Shown in pieces: positions 9,750 through 18,732 of a stretch of DNA of 37,343 bases (position 1 is the first letter of the stretch; every line of letters starts with the position of its first letter). This DNA comes from Candidatus Tenderia sp. (GTDB lineage: Bacteria > Pseudomonadota > Gammaproteobacteria > Tenderiales > Tenderiaceae): positions 1 to 37,343 of the forward strand of contig JANOSY010000018.1 of the NCBI GenBank assembly GCA_031416075.1, read 5' to 3'. The notes under the pieces were generated by a model, which was not told where the DNA came from, made no database searches, and saw only the letters and a list, made by a program, of their open reading frames with translations. The translations under genes and the position numbers were made by a program.

Positions 9750-9774
9750 AAAAAACCGCCATTAAGGCGGTTTT
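9750..9774 (-). terminator. Rho-independent terminator downstream of tRNA-Asn
   Basis: aaaaaaccgcc-attaa-ggcggtttt hairpin with a T-tract on the minus strand. Confidence 0.75.
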
Positions 9775-9785
9775 GGTACTTTATA

Positions 9786-9861
9786 TGGCTCCCCGGGACG
9801 GGCTCGAACCGCCGACCCAATGATTAACAGTCATTTGCTCTACCGACTGAGCTACCGGGGA
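9786..9861 (-). tRNA. tRNA-Asn (GTT)
   Basis: Reverse complement is TCCCCGGTAGCTCAGTCGGTAGAGCAAATGACTGTTAATCATTGGGTCGGCGGTTCGAGCCCGTCCCGGGGAGCCA: 76 nt, anticodon GTT, encoded CCA. Confidence 0.97.
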
Positions 9862-10050
9862 ATGGTGCTGCTTTAAGGAGGGCACATATTAATGGCAACT
9901 TCCTCAAACGTCAACATAATCAAACGTTTTTAATGATGATTTTTATCGGGTTTACAGAGGCGGCCACTCTGGCCGGTGCTCCGAGAGCAGGGTACAGAAG
10001 CGTGGTTAGGGCGTGTTATATTACGGGCCTTATTTTCAGGGAGAGTTGTG

Positions 10051-10533
10051 ATGCCGTCGTTTGATATTGTTTCAGAGGTCGATATGCACGAAGTCAGCAA
10101 TGCGCTTGATCAGTCAAATCGTGAAGTGGGGACCCGTTTTGACTTTAAGGGTAGTGGTGCTGAGTTCACGTTGGATGAAAGTAAGATCCTGCTGGAGGCG
10201 GGTTCTGATTTTCAGCTGGAGCAGATGATGGATATCCTGCGTGCCAAGCTAACCAAACGTGGGATTGATATTACTTGCATGGATGAGGGGAAGGCGGAGA
10301 CAACTGGCAAGGTTGCGCGCCAGACAGTCACCCTGCAACAGGGGATAGATCAGCCACTCGCCAAAGACATTATTAAACGTATCAAAGAGGCCAAGCTGAA
10401 AGCTCAGGCCTCAATTCAGGGCGATAAGGTGCGGGTAACGGGGAAAAAGCGCGATGAACTGCAAGAGGTTATCGCCATGTTGCGTGCCGCCGAGCTGGAT
10501 ATGCCACTGCAATATAATAACTTCAGAGATTGA
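10051..10533 (+). CDS. yajQ: YajQ family nucleotide (c-di-GMP)-binding protein
   Basis: Starts MPSFDIVSE. Motifs RFDFKG, IQGDKVRVTGKKRDELQ, and ends NFRD. Confidence 0.96.
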   Translation: MPSFDIVSEVDMHEVSNALDQSNREVGTRFDFKGSGAEFTLDESKILLEAGSDFQLEQMMDILRAKLTKRGIDITCMDEGKAETTGKVARQTVTLQQGIDQPLAKDIIKRIKEAKLKAQASIQGDKVRVTGKKRDELQEVIAMLRAAELDMPLQYNNFRD

Positions 10534-10560
10534 GCATTCTGTTTGTGGGCGTGTAAACGC

Positions 10561-11118
10561 CTAATTATGGAAGCGCATCCACCAGTCAGTCGCCATCTGG
10601 TCGCCGACGGCAATATCGTTGGCTGTCAGTTTTTTGATTAATGCCTGACGGGCGGCGATGGCATTCTCGTTCTCCACGGCGGCGGCGATCTCAAACCACA
10701 TGTAGGCCTTGATGAGGTCCTGCTTGACACCGTGCCCCTCAGCGTTAGCGACGCCCACCAGATATTGGGCCATCGGCATGCGCTGTTCAGCGGCTTGCAT
10801 TAACCAGTGTACTGCCTGGGTATCATCCCTCTTTACGCCGTCACCTTTGGCATACATCAAACCCAGTGTTAGCTGGGCATTGGCAATCCCCAGTGCGGCC
10901 AGTTTTTGATACCAGTGTGCCGCCTGCGTGTAGTTTTGTGCCACACCATCACCTTTGTAATAACGGTCTGCCAGCTCTAACTGGGCCTGCAGGTCGTTGT
11001 TGGCTGCCTTCTGCTGCATCGCCTTAAGTTGTGCGGCGGGGAGCTGCTTATCGACAGCATAACCCGCTGGTATGGTGGCGAGCATGAGGGGGATCAGGAG
11101 TAGATAGTGGCGAAACAT
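10561..11118 (-). CDS. Secreted Sel1-like repeat protein
   Basis: Signal peptide and three Sel1 repeats (AQLELADRYYKGDGV, AQLTLGLMYAKGDGV, AQYLVG...GHGV) plus AYMWF. Likely start is MFRHY at 11118. Confidence 0.88.
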   Translation of the reverse strand: MFRHYLLLIPLMLATIPAGYAVDKQLPAAQLKAMQQKAANNDLQAQLELADRYYKGDGVAQNYTQAAHWYQKLAALGIANAQLTLGLMYAKGDGVKRDDTQAVHWLMQAAEQRMPMAQYLVGVANAEGHGVKQDLIKAYMWFEIAAAVENENAIAARQALIKKLTANDIAVGDQMATDWWMRFHN

Positions 11119-11282
11119 AAAGCGTAACCTGTCTGGAAAAGGAGCGACCATTATAGGTGATAGCGAGGGATCTTCCCAACTCGCCGGGCAAAACGCTTGT
11201 TTTTACGTTGAAAAATTCGTAAGGTTCTGATCTCTGGTGCTGTGCCAGTGTGTAAGCCACCATTTTTTGGGATCTATTATTT

Positions 11283-11837
11283 ATGCGGTATGGTTTTGTC
11301 ATTGTATTGCTAATGGTTATGGGGACTACGTTGGTTCAGGCGGAGACCTATGCGACAAAACGTCTGGCAGAGGATGGCATTCACGATCCGGAGAATGATG
11401 CAATCAAGATTTTGCAGGAGCCTGGCGAGTCGATGATCGATTTCCCCATGGATCGTCGGGGGCAAATTGATTGGGTTCAATCGATCCGCAGTAAAAAGGT
11501 AAATCCGCGTCGCAGTTTGAATGGCGGGGAGTATGACGGCGAGATAATGATTGAGACCGACATGGATATCATTATGAAACGCACGGCCAATATGCCCAAT
11601 GTGCGGTTTCCCCACCTGGCACACACAGAGTGGTTAACCTGTAACAATTGCCATCCAAAGATCTTTATACCCCAGGCGGGTGCCAATCCCGTCTCCATGG
11701 AGAAGATACTTAAAGGGCAGTTTTGTGGCCGTTGCCACGACAAGGTTTCATTCAGCCTGTGGACGTGTGAGCGTTGTCATAGTGTCCCCCACGAAAAATC
11801 TGGACAGGCTTACGTGGATCCAACCCCGTCAAAATAG
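11283..11837 (+). CDS. Periplasmic triheme c-type cytochrome (c7-type domain)
   Basis: Signal peptide, VRFPHLAH distal His motif, and three CxxCH sites (CNNCH, CGRCH, CERCH). Confidence 0.88.
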   Translation: MRYGFVIVLLMVMGTTLVQAETYATKRLAEDGIHDPENDAIKILQEPGESMIDFPMDRRGQIDWVQSIRSKKVNPRRSLNGGEYDGEIMIETDMDIIMKRTANMPNVRFPHLAHTEWLTCNNCHPKIFIPQAGANPVSMEKILKGQFCGRCHDKVSFSLWTCERCHSVPHEKSGQAYVDPTPSK

Positions 11838-12620
11838 TCTGCTCAAGCCGCGCCAGCGGTTGTGACGCCTGATGTCGCGTAGATAGGTTCCAAAAGGCAG
11901 GGCAAGCTTCTGTTCTAATAGCTCTGCCACGGGCTTAAGTGTTTTGAATGATGAAAAAATCTCCGGGGTGTGTGTGGCAAATACAATCCTGTTTCCTCTA
12001 TCTTTTACTGGAATATTTAAGAGGTTGTGGTCAAACGCAGATTCGACGTTGGCCAGGGTATATCTGTATTGGTCTAGTTGACTGGCCCACAGATTGATGG
12101 CTAGAACCCCTTGAGGATGCAACGCTGTGTGACAGGCGCTGAAAAACCGGATTGATTTAATGGAGTCCGCAATGCCGTAGTGATCAAAGGCATCGATGAG
12201 GATTAGCTCATACTGTTTGTCGGCAACGTGGTTGGCTGTTAAAAACTCCAATCCATCACCAACGGTAACGTGGAGCCGACCGTCCTGAGGCAACAAAAAA
12301 TAGTCATAGGCCAAACTGACAACGTCGGAGCGGGACTCAACAGCATCGACTCGGCAGTCCGGGAAATGGTGAAGTAAAAACCGTACTAATGAGCCACCAC
12401 CCAGGCCGATTAATAAAATGGAACGAGGTTTGATACAAAAAAGCAGTGCAGCCATCATCGTCTGGGTATAGGCGAGTGTGAGTGTTTCCGGGTGGGATAG
12501 ATCCATTTCGCTCTGTTTGACACTGTTGCCAAAATAGAGCGTGCGGTGGTTGTCTGTCTGAAAAACCTCAGCGATGCCGCTGTCACTGATTTCTTGGTGG
12601 ATAATTGAACCAGGCCGCAT
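11829..12620 (-). CDS. Spermidine-synthase-like SAM-dependent methyltransferase
   Basis: LYFGNSVKQSEM, YTQTMMA, ILLIGLGGGSL and LILIDAFD. Confidence 0.88.
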   Translation of the reverse strand: MRPGSIIHQEISDSGIAEVFQTDNHRTLYFGNSVKQSEMDLSHPETLTLAYTQTMMAALLFCIKPRSILLIGLGGGSLVRFLLHHFPDCRVDAVESRSDVVSLAYDYFLLPQDGRLHVTVGDGLEFLTANHVADKQYELILIDAFDHYGIADSIKSIRFFSACHTALHPQGVLAINLWASQLDQYRYTLANVESAFDHNLLNIPVKDRGNRIVFATHTPEIFSSFKTLKPVAELLEQKLALPFGTYLRDIRRHNRWRGLSRLF

Positions 12621-12644
12621 GTAGTCGAGGAGGAGGGTTACACC

Positions 12645-12672
12645 ATGGGGCTGGCCAGCACGGCAGCCCCAT
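12645..12672. terminator. Hairpin downstream of the Rrf2 gene
   Basis: atggggctg...cagccccat 9-bp inverted repeat with no strong T-tract. Confidence 0.4.
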
Positions 12673-12690
12673 ATTGGGCATTAAAGTAGC

Positions 12691-13179
12691 TTAGGCATTG
12701 CTGTAGCCAGAGCGTTTGAGTGGCGAGTCGCTCCATTTGTCGGCTGCTTGGGCATCACTGTCGGCGATGGCGAAGAAGGAGTTCTGATTGTTTTCAACCA
12801 GTGCTTCCAAGGTTACGCTGCTGAGATACGTCTGAATCTGATTGCTCAGGATGTCCCACAGCTCTTGGGTTCTTTGATGGCGGATATCAATCTGGTTGAG
12901 CGGGGCTGCTTGACCAAATTTATCATCAACAGCAACAACGATGTCGGTAATGGATATTTCATTGGCGGCTCGTGCCAAGCGGTAGCCACCGCCCGGTCCG
13001 CGTGTGCCCTGGACCAGTTTGGCTTGCCGCAGTCGGGCAAACAGCTGCTCCAAGTAGGATAGGGATATGCCTTGAAACTCTGAAATATCGGCAAGTGTTA
13101 CCTTGTGGCCATCCTTGGCATTTAATGCTAAATCTAGCATCGCCGTAATGGCATAGCGTCCTTTTGTAGATATTCTCAT
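12691..13179 (-). CDS. Rrf2-family transcriptional regulator, IscR-like but lacking cysteines
   Basis: IscR-like N-terminus STKGRYAITAMLDLA, QGISLSYLEQLF and RGPGGGY. The protein contains no Cys. Confidence 0.9.
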   Translation of the reverse strand: MRISTKGRYAITAMLDLALNAKDGHKVTLADISEFQGISLSYLEQLFARLRQAKLVQGTRGPGGGYRLARAANEISITDIVVAVDDKFGQAAPLNQIDIRHQRTQELWDILSNQIQTYLSSVTLEALVENNQNSFFAIADSDAQAADKWSDSPLKRSGYSNA

Positions 13180-13385
13180 CGACCAGTCTCCTTGTTTGGC
13201 TTGATGGGTATATACATACCAACCCAGTCAGCAGTTCAGTCTGGCACACGAAGTGTGGTTTTCCAATGGTTAATTTAATAATTAACATTGAATGAGCTTT
13301 TATTTGTTATTTACCTTATAAAATGTATTGAAATTGAATGTAAATGTATATTTTAAATACAGATTTAAGTTGGGCTGTTTTGTGT

Positions 13386-14405
13386 TTAACGCAACGATTG
13401 GGTACGGAAAGTTTTGTCTACGCTGCTTTGAATAAATCCCCCCATTCGCGCGCCAATAGATTGTTTGATGGTGTAGCAGACTTCGTATAACGCTTTGTTT
13501 TTACTCTGTTCCAGAAGGTAGTCGTCACTGGTCTTGAGTTCATCAACAAGATTGAGTTCCAGGGCGCGGGTTGCAAGCCAATGCTCTCCTGTGGATATAC
13601 GATCGATATCCACAACCGGGCGATGCTGTTGAATAAATTCCTTAAATAATATGTGGACTTCTTCCAGCTCTTCTTTGAACTTTTGGCGTGTTTTATCGGT
13701 GTTCTCTCCAAACATGGTGATGGTACGTTTAAATTCGCCAGCAGTGACCTGTTCAAAATCAATATCATGTTTTTTCAGAAGTCTATGAAAGTTGGGCAGT
13801 TGTGCGATGACGCCAATGGAGCCGATGATGGCAAAGGGGGCGGCAATAATTTTGTCGGCAACACAGGCCATCATGTAACCGCCGCTGGCAGCGATGCCGT
13901 CAACGCAGATCACCAGGGGGATTTTTTTATCCTTGATTCGCATTAATTGTGAGGCGGCCAGACCGTAGGCGTGAACCATTCCGCCACCGCTTTGGAGGCG
14001 CAGAAAAACTTCATCCTCCGGGGTTGCCACGGTGAGTATAGCGGTGATCTCTTCACGCAGTGAGGCGAGTGCGGACGCTTTTATATCGCCGTCAAAATTG
14101 AGCACAAATACCTTTTTGGGTGTTTGTTGTTGCCCATTTTTAAGTTGGGATGTTTTGGCTTTTTTTTGTAGCTTGCTGTTTTTTAAATCTTTTTTTAGCT
14201 CATCTTTTGAGAGGATGGCGGCTTTGACCGTGGTTGCCATCTCTTCGTATTTGTCGTTTATTTTTTTGATGTCCAGCCGTTCCTTAGCGCTGTTTCGTCC
14301 ATGGGAGGCGAGCAGCAGGATACCGCCTACGGCGAGCAGGAGCGCCACTATTAAGGTGATTGTTTTTGCCAGGAACATGCCATAATTAGCAATGAAATCA
14401 GTCAC
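13386..14405 (-). CDS. sohB: Protease SohB (peptidase S49)
   Basis: N-terminal TM, FDGDIKAS, SGGGMVHAYGLAASQL, AASGGYMMAC, GSIGV and TGEHW. Likely GTG start at 14405 with a CAGGAG RBS. Confidence 0.95.
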   Translation of the reverse strand: MTDFIANYGMFLAKTITLIVALLLAVGGILLLASHGRNSAKERLDIKKINDKYEEMATTVKAAILSKDELKKDLKNSKLQKKAKTSQLKNGQQQTPKKVFVLNFDGDIKASALASLREEITAILTVATPEDEVFLRLQSGGGMVHAYGLAASQLMRIKDKKIPLVICVDGIAASGGYMMACVADKIIAAPFAIIGSIGVIAQLPNFHRLLKKHDIDFEQVTAGEFKRTITMFGENTDKTRQKFKEELEEVHILFKEFIQQHRPVVDIDRISTGEHWLATRALELNLVDELKTSDDYLLEQSKNKALYEVCYTIKQSIGARMGGFIQSSVDKTFRTQSLR

Positions 14406-14482
14406 TAGAAACTCCTGAATGGATCGAGGGGGCGATAGTATAGCGCCGTAAGGGGTATGGGTGATACTAAGTTTGTGATCAT

Positions 14483-14515
14483 AAAAAAAGCCCACACATT
14501 GCTGCATGGGCTTTT
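14483..14515 (-). terminator. Rho-independent terminator after the small ORF at 14534-14644
   Basis: Minus strand reads aaaagcccatgcagcaatgtgtgggcTTTTTTT. Confidence 0.75.
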
Positions 14516-14533
14516 GGTTGCACGTATTCCCGT

Positions 14534-14644
14534 TTAGCTGATGATGGTTGTGGCAACAAAGGCTACGATGGATACGATGCAGACCAGTGGGACAAGTATT
14601 AACAAATCGGTATCGCTGGCACCTTTACGTGTACTGTTTGACAT
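14534..14644 (-). CDS. Unannotated 36-aa single-pass membrane microprotein
   Basis: MSNSTRKGASDTDLLILVPLVCIVSIVAFVATTIIS*. RBS ggag lies 6 nt before the ATG, the C-terminal 23 aa are hydrophobic, and it has its own terminator. Confidence 0.7.
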   Translation of the reverse strand: MSNSTRKGASDTDLLILVPLVCIVSIVAFVATTIIS

Positions 14645-14838
14645 AGTTTTCTCCAGGAAATATTTTTTATTGTTGAACAATGCGGCTGTAATGGACGACC
14701 GCCGGATAAACATACTACAGCTTTTTAAAATAGTTAAGTGTTTTGGTGTGGATATTAACCTCTTGTTTTAAGAGGTATTTGTCGGTTTATAAACCACTTT
14801 ATTAATATAGTAATAATTTTGATTGTGCGAGGTGTGAA

Positions 14839-15303
14839 ATGAGTGAGTTGGTCCGTTTTGGTGTGTCGATTGAAGATGAGTTGCTTAAACGTTTTGATGC
14901 TGAGATCGAAAAAAAGGGGTATGCAAGCCGCTCAGAGGCGATCCGTGATCTGATTCGGGACAATATTGTAGAGGAAGAGTGGGAGTCTGATGTGGAGACG
15001 GTGGGGACCATTACCATTGTCTATGACCACCATACACGGGAGCTCTCATCGACGTTGACACATCTGCAGCACTCTTTTAAGGGGGATATTAAGTCAGTGC
15101 TGCATATCCATCTGGATCACAATAACTGTCTTGAGGTGCTGGTCGTGCAGGGAAAAGGGCATCTGCTTAAACAGTTTGCTGACCAGTTGGTGAGCACACG
15201 TGGGGTCAAACATGGCAAGCTGACAATGACCACTACGGGTAATGCGATACCCACCAAGGGTGGGCATCACCACCATGACGGAGATGAACATGCCCATGAT
15301 TGA
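14839..15303 (+). CDS. nikR: Nickel-responsive regulator NikR with a His-rich C-terminal tail
   Basis: RHH domain (VRFGVSI, SRSEAIRDLIR), VYDHH, Ni ligands in HLQH / HIHLDHNNCLEV, GVKHGKL, and tail GGHHHHDGDEHAHD. Confidence 0.96.
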   Translation: MSELVRFGVSIEDELLKRFDAEIEKKGYASRSEAIRDLIRDNIVEEEWESDVETVGTITIVYDHHTRELSSTLTHLQHSFKGDIKSVLHIHLDHNNCLEVLVVQGKGHLLKQFADQLVSTRGVKHGKLTMTTTGNAIPTKGGHHHHDGDEHAHD

Positions 15304-15328
15304 GATCGGTAAAGGTTGTTGATCTGAT

Positions 15329-16369
15329 TTAGAAGGCAACGGCCAGTTGGGCGGTGGAGGCTGTGCCTTTTGCACCCGTACCACCTACGGTGTCGCTGTA
15401 GTCTTTATCTTTGCTGAGTTCAATATTTAAGGTGCTGTTTTCGAGCAGCCTCATGGAAAATCCTATCAGTGTGCGCTGTTTGGGTAACGCTAAAGACAAG
15501 GCTTCGCGCGTGGTTTGGTAGGCGGTGGCCACTGTGCCCCAACTAAAGCTGTAGGCGACTTCTACGTTGGTGGCTGATGGGGCGGCGCCGTTACCGTTAA
15601 AGGCGAGCTCTGTTGCTTCAAACCGGCCAGCTTTCATATGTTCTGCGATAGCTGTCCACGGGCCATCGTTATACACGGCGTGAAGGGATACACCTTTGAC
15701 GTAGCGGTTGAGTGTGGATTTGTCGGCGATGGTATCTCCGTCAGTGTCGGTATTGATGGAGAGCATCCCGGATACTGCGTCGGCATCGGCCAGATTGTTG
15801 ATGTAGTCGACCCCAAGGTTCAGGTTTGCATCGCCATGGGTGATGATATAACCGAGGTTGCCCCCAAAGTGTTGGGTACGGTCGTTACCTTTAAGTGCTG
15901 ATGATGTGTTGATGGTGTCGCCGTTAAAGGCGTAAAACGAGCCGTAGAGTCCGTCTCTTTCAAAGCCGATCTGGAGTGCGGCCTCGCTGGCCTCGCCAAG
16001 CCCGGCGGTGATGGGATCGGCGACAAAGTGGGTTTCATAGATTCCAAACGGTACGACCATACGTCCGCCATTGAGATACCAGTCACCACCTAACTGCATG
16101 GTGAGTGTGGCCTCATCCAGCTGCAGGGGTTCGGTGGAGCCATCCTCGTGTAATATTAATATGTGTGCAACAGTCTCTGCATTGATGTTGGTATCAAAAG
16201 CCAGCTCTATTTTTGAGACGGTGATGTCGCTACGGCTGTTTTGGTTGTAATCCTTGCTGTAGGAGGCATCAATTTCCATTATGCCGCTGATCTTGATCGG
16301 TTCAGCGGCATACAGGTTTAAGGGCAGGGTGAGCAGGGGGGTAAGGCAGAGGTGTTTGAGTTTTTTCAT
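15329..16369 (-). CDS. LbtU-like outer-membrane porin
   Basis: Signal peptide, ISGIMEIDASY, SDITVSKIELAFD, LDEATL, GRMVVPFG and DPITAGLGE. Ends AQLAVAF (C-terminal Phe). 346 aa with no TonB plug. Confidence 0.78.
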   Translation of the reverse strand: MKKLKHLCLTPLLTLPLNLYAAEPIKISGIMEIDASYSKDYNQNSRSDITVSKIELAFDTNINAETVAHILILHEDGSTEPLQLDEATLTMQLGGDWYLNGGRMVVPFGIYETHFVADPITAGLGEASEAALQIGFERDGLYGSFYAFNGDTINTSSALKGNDRTQHFGGNLGYIITHGDANLNLGVDYINNLADADAVSGMLSINTDTDGDTIADKSTLNRYVKGVSLHAVYNDGPWTAIAEHMKAGRFEATELAFNGNGAAPSATNVEVAYSFSWGTVATAYQTTREALSLALPKQRTLIGFSMRLLENSTLNIELSKDKDYSDTVGGTGAKGTASTAQLAVAF

Positions 16370-16419
16370 TTTTTAATCATCGACAATAAAGGTTGTGAGT
16401 ATGATGTTTTCTTGAAATG

Positions 16420-16446
16420 GTGGCACGTAATAAATTATAGTGCCAC
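16420..16446. promoter_or_regulatory. Putative NikR operator in the divergent porin/nik intergenic region
   Basis: GTGGCAC-N13(AT-rich)-GTGCCAC perfect inverted repeat, with the widely spaced half-site geometry of NikR operators. Confidence 0.7.
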
Positions 16447-16498
16447 ACCTTTCCTTCATTTGCAGTGGGTTTTTTGCCTATTTACACAAGGAGTTTGA

Positions 16499-17287
16499 AT
16501 GATGCGTTTCTACCACAAGGTATCAATGATGGTCACCGGTCTGGTTTTATATAGCGGCAGTGCGGCCGCCCACTTTCAGATGATCATCCCCTCTGACGAC
16601 ATGGTGATGCAGAGTGAGGCACGCAGTGTGGGCCTTCAGCTGCAGTTTTGGCACCCTTTTGAGGGGATCGGCATGCCGATGGAGAAGCCAGTGCGTTACG
16701 GCGTTATGGTGGCAGGGGATACGCAAAACCTGTTGCCGACCCTGAAAGGGGTGACCTTGAAGGATAAAGCAGGGAATAAATTCCCCGCCTTTCAAAGTGA
16801 ATATAGCTTTAAGCACCCCGGAAACCACCTCTTTTTTGTCGAGCCAAAGCCGTATTGGGAGCAGGCAGAGGAGCGGTTTATTATTCACTACACAAAGGTG
16901 ATGGTGAATGCCTTTGGAATGGAAGAGGGGTGGGACAGTGAGATTGGTCTGAAGGCAGAGATTGTGCCGCTGACCCGTCCGTACGGGCTTTGGACCAACA
17001 ATATCTTCCAAGGGGTGGTGAAAATGAACGGTAAACCGGTCCCCAACAGTGAGGTGGAGGTGGAGTATTACAACCAATCAGGGTCAATAAAGGCCCCCGC
17101 TGACCCGATGATTACCCAAGTTGTAAAGACTGATGCCAACGGTGTTTTTACCTACGCCATGCCTAAGGCGGGTTGGTGGGGATTTGCAGCGCTGAATGAA
17201 GATAGTAAAAAGATGAAGCAGGGTGGCAAAGAGTATCCGGTAGAGATTGGTGCAGTGCTGTGGGTGCGGACCCATGATATGAAGTAG
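16499..17287 (+). CDS. DUF4198 family periplasmic protein (NikK-like component of a Ni/Co ECF transporter)
   Basis: Signal peptide ending AAA|HFQMIIP. Motifs [29 protein letters not shown] and GWWGFAAL. Confidence 0.88.
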   Translation: MMRFYHKVSMMVTGLVLYSGSAAAHFQMIIPSDDMVMQSEARSVGLQLQFWHPFEGIGMPMEKPVRYGVMVAGDTQNLLPTLKGVTLKDKAGNKFPAFQSEYSFKHPGNHLFFVEPKPYWEQAEERFIIHYTKVMVNAFGMEEGWDSEIGLKAEIVPLTRPYGLWTNNIFQGVVKMNGKPVPNSEVEVEYYNQSGSIKAPADPMITQVVKTDANGVFTYAMPKAGWWGFAALNEDSKKMKQGGKEYPVEIGAVLWVRTHDMK

Positions 17288-17347
17288 TTGTGTGGCTTGG
17301 ATGGGTCGGGTATGAGTCTTTTTGTGTATTGAGTAGAGGTTGTATCG

Positions 17348-18010
17348 ATGAAGTTAAATACGCCATTAAAGCGTGGCCTGGCAGCGGGGATAGTGCTGGC
17401 GGCCATTGTCATGAGTTCTCCGGTTGCCGCCCATAAAATCAACCTGTTTGCTTACGCTGAAGATGATACGGTCTCTGTGGAGGGGTATTTTGCGGATGGT
17501 AAAAAGGCCCAGAACAGTACCGTCAAAGTGCTGGACAGCAGTGGCACTGTACTGGTGGAAGGGGTCACCGATGATGAGGGTAAGTACCTGTTTAAGATGC
17601 CGAAGCGAGAGGATATCAACATTGTATTGAGTGCGGGCATGGGGCACCGGGGCGAGTTTAAAATGAGCAAGGCTGAGTTGGGTGATGGTCAGGTTGCCGT
17701 GCCTGATACGGTACCTGTATCTGTAGCCGAACCTGTTGCGACGGTTGCTGCAGAGAGTAAAGCCGGTCACGTGTCGGCAACAGAGGCCGTAACCCCCGCA
17801 GTGGGCAGTGAGCTGGAGGCGGCGGTCCATCATGCCGTTAACGAAGCGATTAAACCACTGGTGCGTGAGCTTGAGGTATCACGGCAAAGTGCATCAATTT
17901 CAGAGCTGGTGGGGGCCATCGGATACATATTTGGCCTGTTGGGGGTATTTGCCTTTTATAAGGCGCGCCAGATAGCAGGCAAGGAAAAGTCACCCAAAGT
18001 GGCTGAATAA
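17348..18010 (+). CDS. NikL/CbiL-like membrane-anchored periplasmic component
   Basis: Signal peptide ending VAA|HKINLFAYAE, GYFADG, GVTDDEG, AGMGHR, an Ala/Val linker and a C-terminal TM (IGYIFGLLGV). Confidence 0.8.
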   Translation: MKLNTPLKRGLAAGIVLAAIVMSSPVAAHKINLFAYAEDDTVSVEGYFADGKKAQNSTVKVLDSSGTVLVEGVTDDEGKYLFKMPKREDINIVLSAGMGHRGEFKMSKAELGDGQVAVPDTVPVSVAEPVATVAAESKAGHVSATEAVTPAVGSELEAAVHHAVNEAIKPLVRELEVSRQSASISELVGAIGYIFGLLGVFAFYKARQIAGKEKSPKVAE

Positions 18011-18105
18011 GCTTGATAGTCACAATATAATGATCGTGCTACTCTTGGCGTTAAATTTAGTCAGGTCAAGATGTTAGACCACCCATTTCAGGAGTTTGGT
18101 GATAG

Positions 18106-18723
18106 ATGCATATTGCTGACGGAATAGTTTCCGGGCCGGTGATCGGTGCTGGTTTTGCGGGAATGGCGCTGTTGGCGGCAGCCACCATGCGTAATGTTGA
18201 AATGGATGAGATCCCCAAGCTTTCAGTGGCGGCGGCAGTGTTTTTTGTTGCCAGTTTTATCCATATTCCCTTAGTGGTAGCCAGTATCCATCTGATCCTG
18301 AATGGTTTGGTGGGGGTGATTCTGGGCAAGCGCGCCTTTGTGGCGATTATGCTTGGGGTCATCCTGCAATCCTTTTTTGGTTTTGGTGGAGTGACCGTGA
18401 TTGGTGTTAATGCGGTCATGCTGGGGGGGGGGGCGCTGCTTGCCTATGGTGTTTGGCAGTTGCGCCACTATGTCTCCTTGCCTAATAAAGAGGTGGTATT
18501 TGGTGCGCTGGCGGGAGCATTTGGCATATTTTTCTCAGGTTGTGTCTTGGCGCTGGCGCTGGTGACCACCGGGGAGGCCTTTCTGGTATCGGCTAAACTG
18601 GTGATTCAATACCATTTGGTGCTCATGGTGCTGGAGGGTGCTGTGACGGGTGCGTGTGTTGGGTTTTTGGCCAAGGTCAAGCCCGATCTGCTGGCTGGCC
18701 AGCGTAAAGTTCAAGCAGGTTAG
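18106..18723 (+). CDS. nikM: ECF transporter S component NikM/CbiM
   Basis: Metal-binding N-terminus MHIADG, FFVASFIHIP and SIHLILNGLVG. Nickel rather than cobalt is inferred from the adjacent nikR. Confidence 0.85.
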   Translation: MHIADGIVSGPVIGAGFAGMALLAAATMRNVEMDEIPKLSVAAAVFFVASFIHIPLVVASIHLILNGLVGVILGKRAFVAIMLGVILQSFFGFGGVTVIGVNAVMLGGGALLAYGVWQLRHYVSLPNKEVVFGALAGAFGIFFSGCVLALALVTTGEAFLVSAKLVIQYHLVLMVLEGAVTGACVGFLAKVKPDLLAGQRKVQAG

Positions 18724-18732
18724 CGCTTCCCT

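Noticed and set aside
9707-9820. N-terminal extension of the Smr ORF
   Set aside because: It overlaps tRNA-Asn and its terminator, so the start at 9706 is preferred.
14541-14771. 76-aa plus-strand ORF upstream of nikR
   Set aside because: No RBS. The opposite-strand 36-aa ORF has an RBS, a TM helix and a terminator.
16370-18105. Cobalamin or NiCo riboswitch ahead of the cbi/nik-like genes
   Set aside because: The intergenic gaps are short (129 and 95 bp) with no recognisable conserved riboswitch elements. NikR control is more parsimonious.
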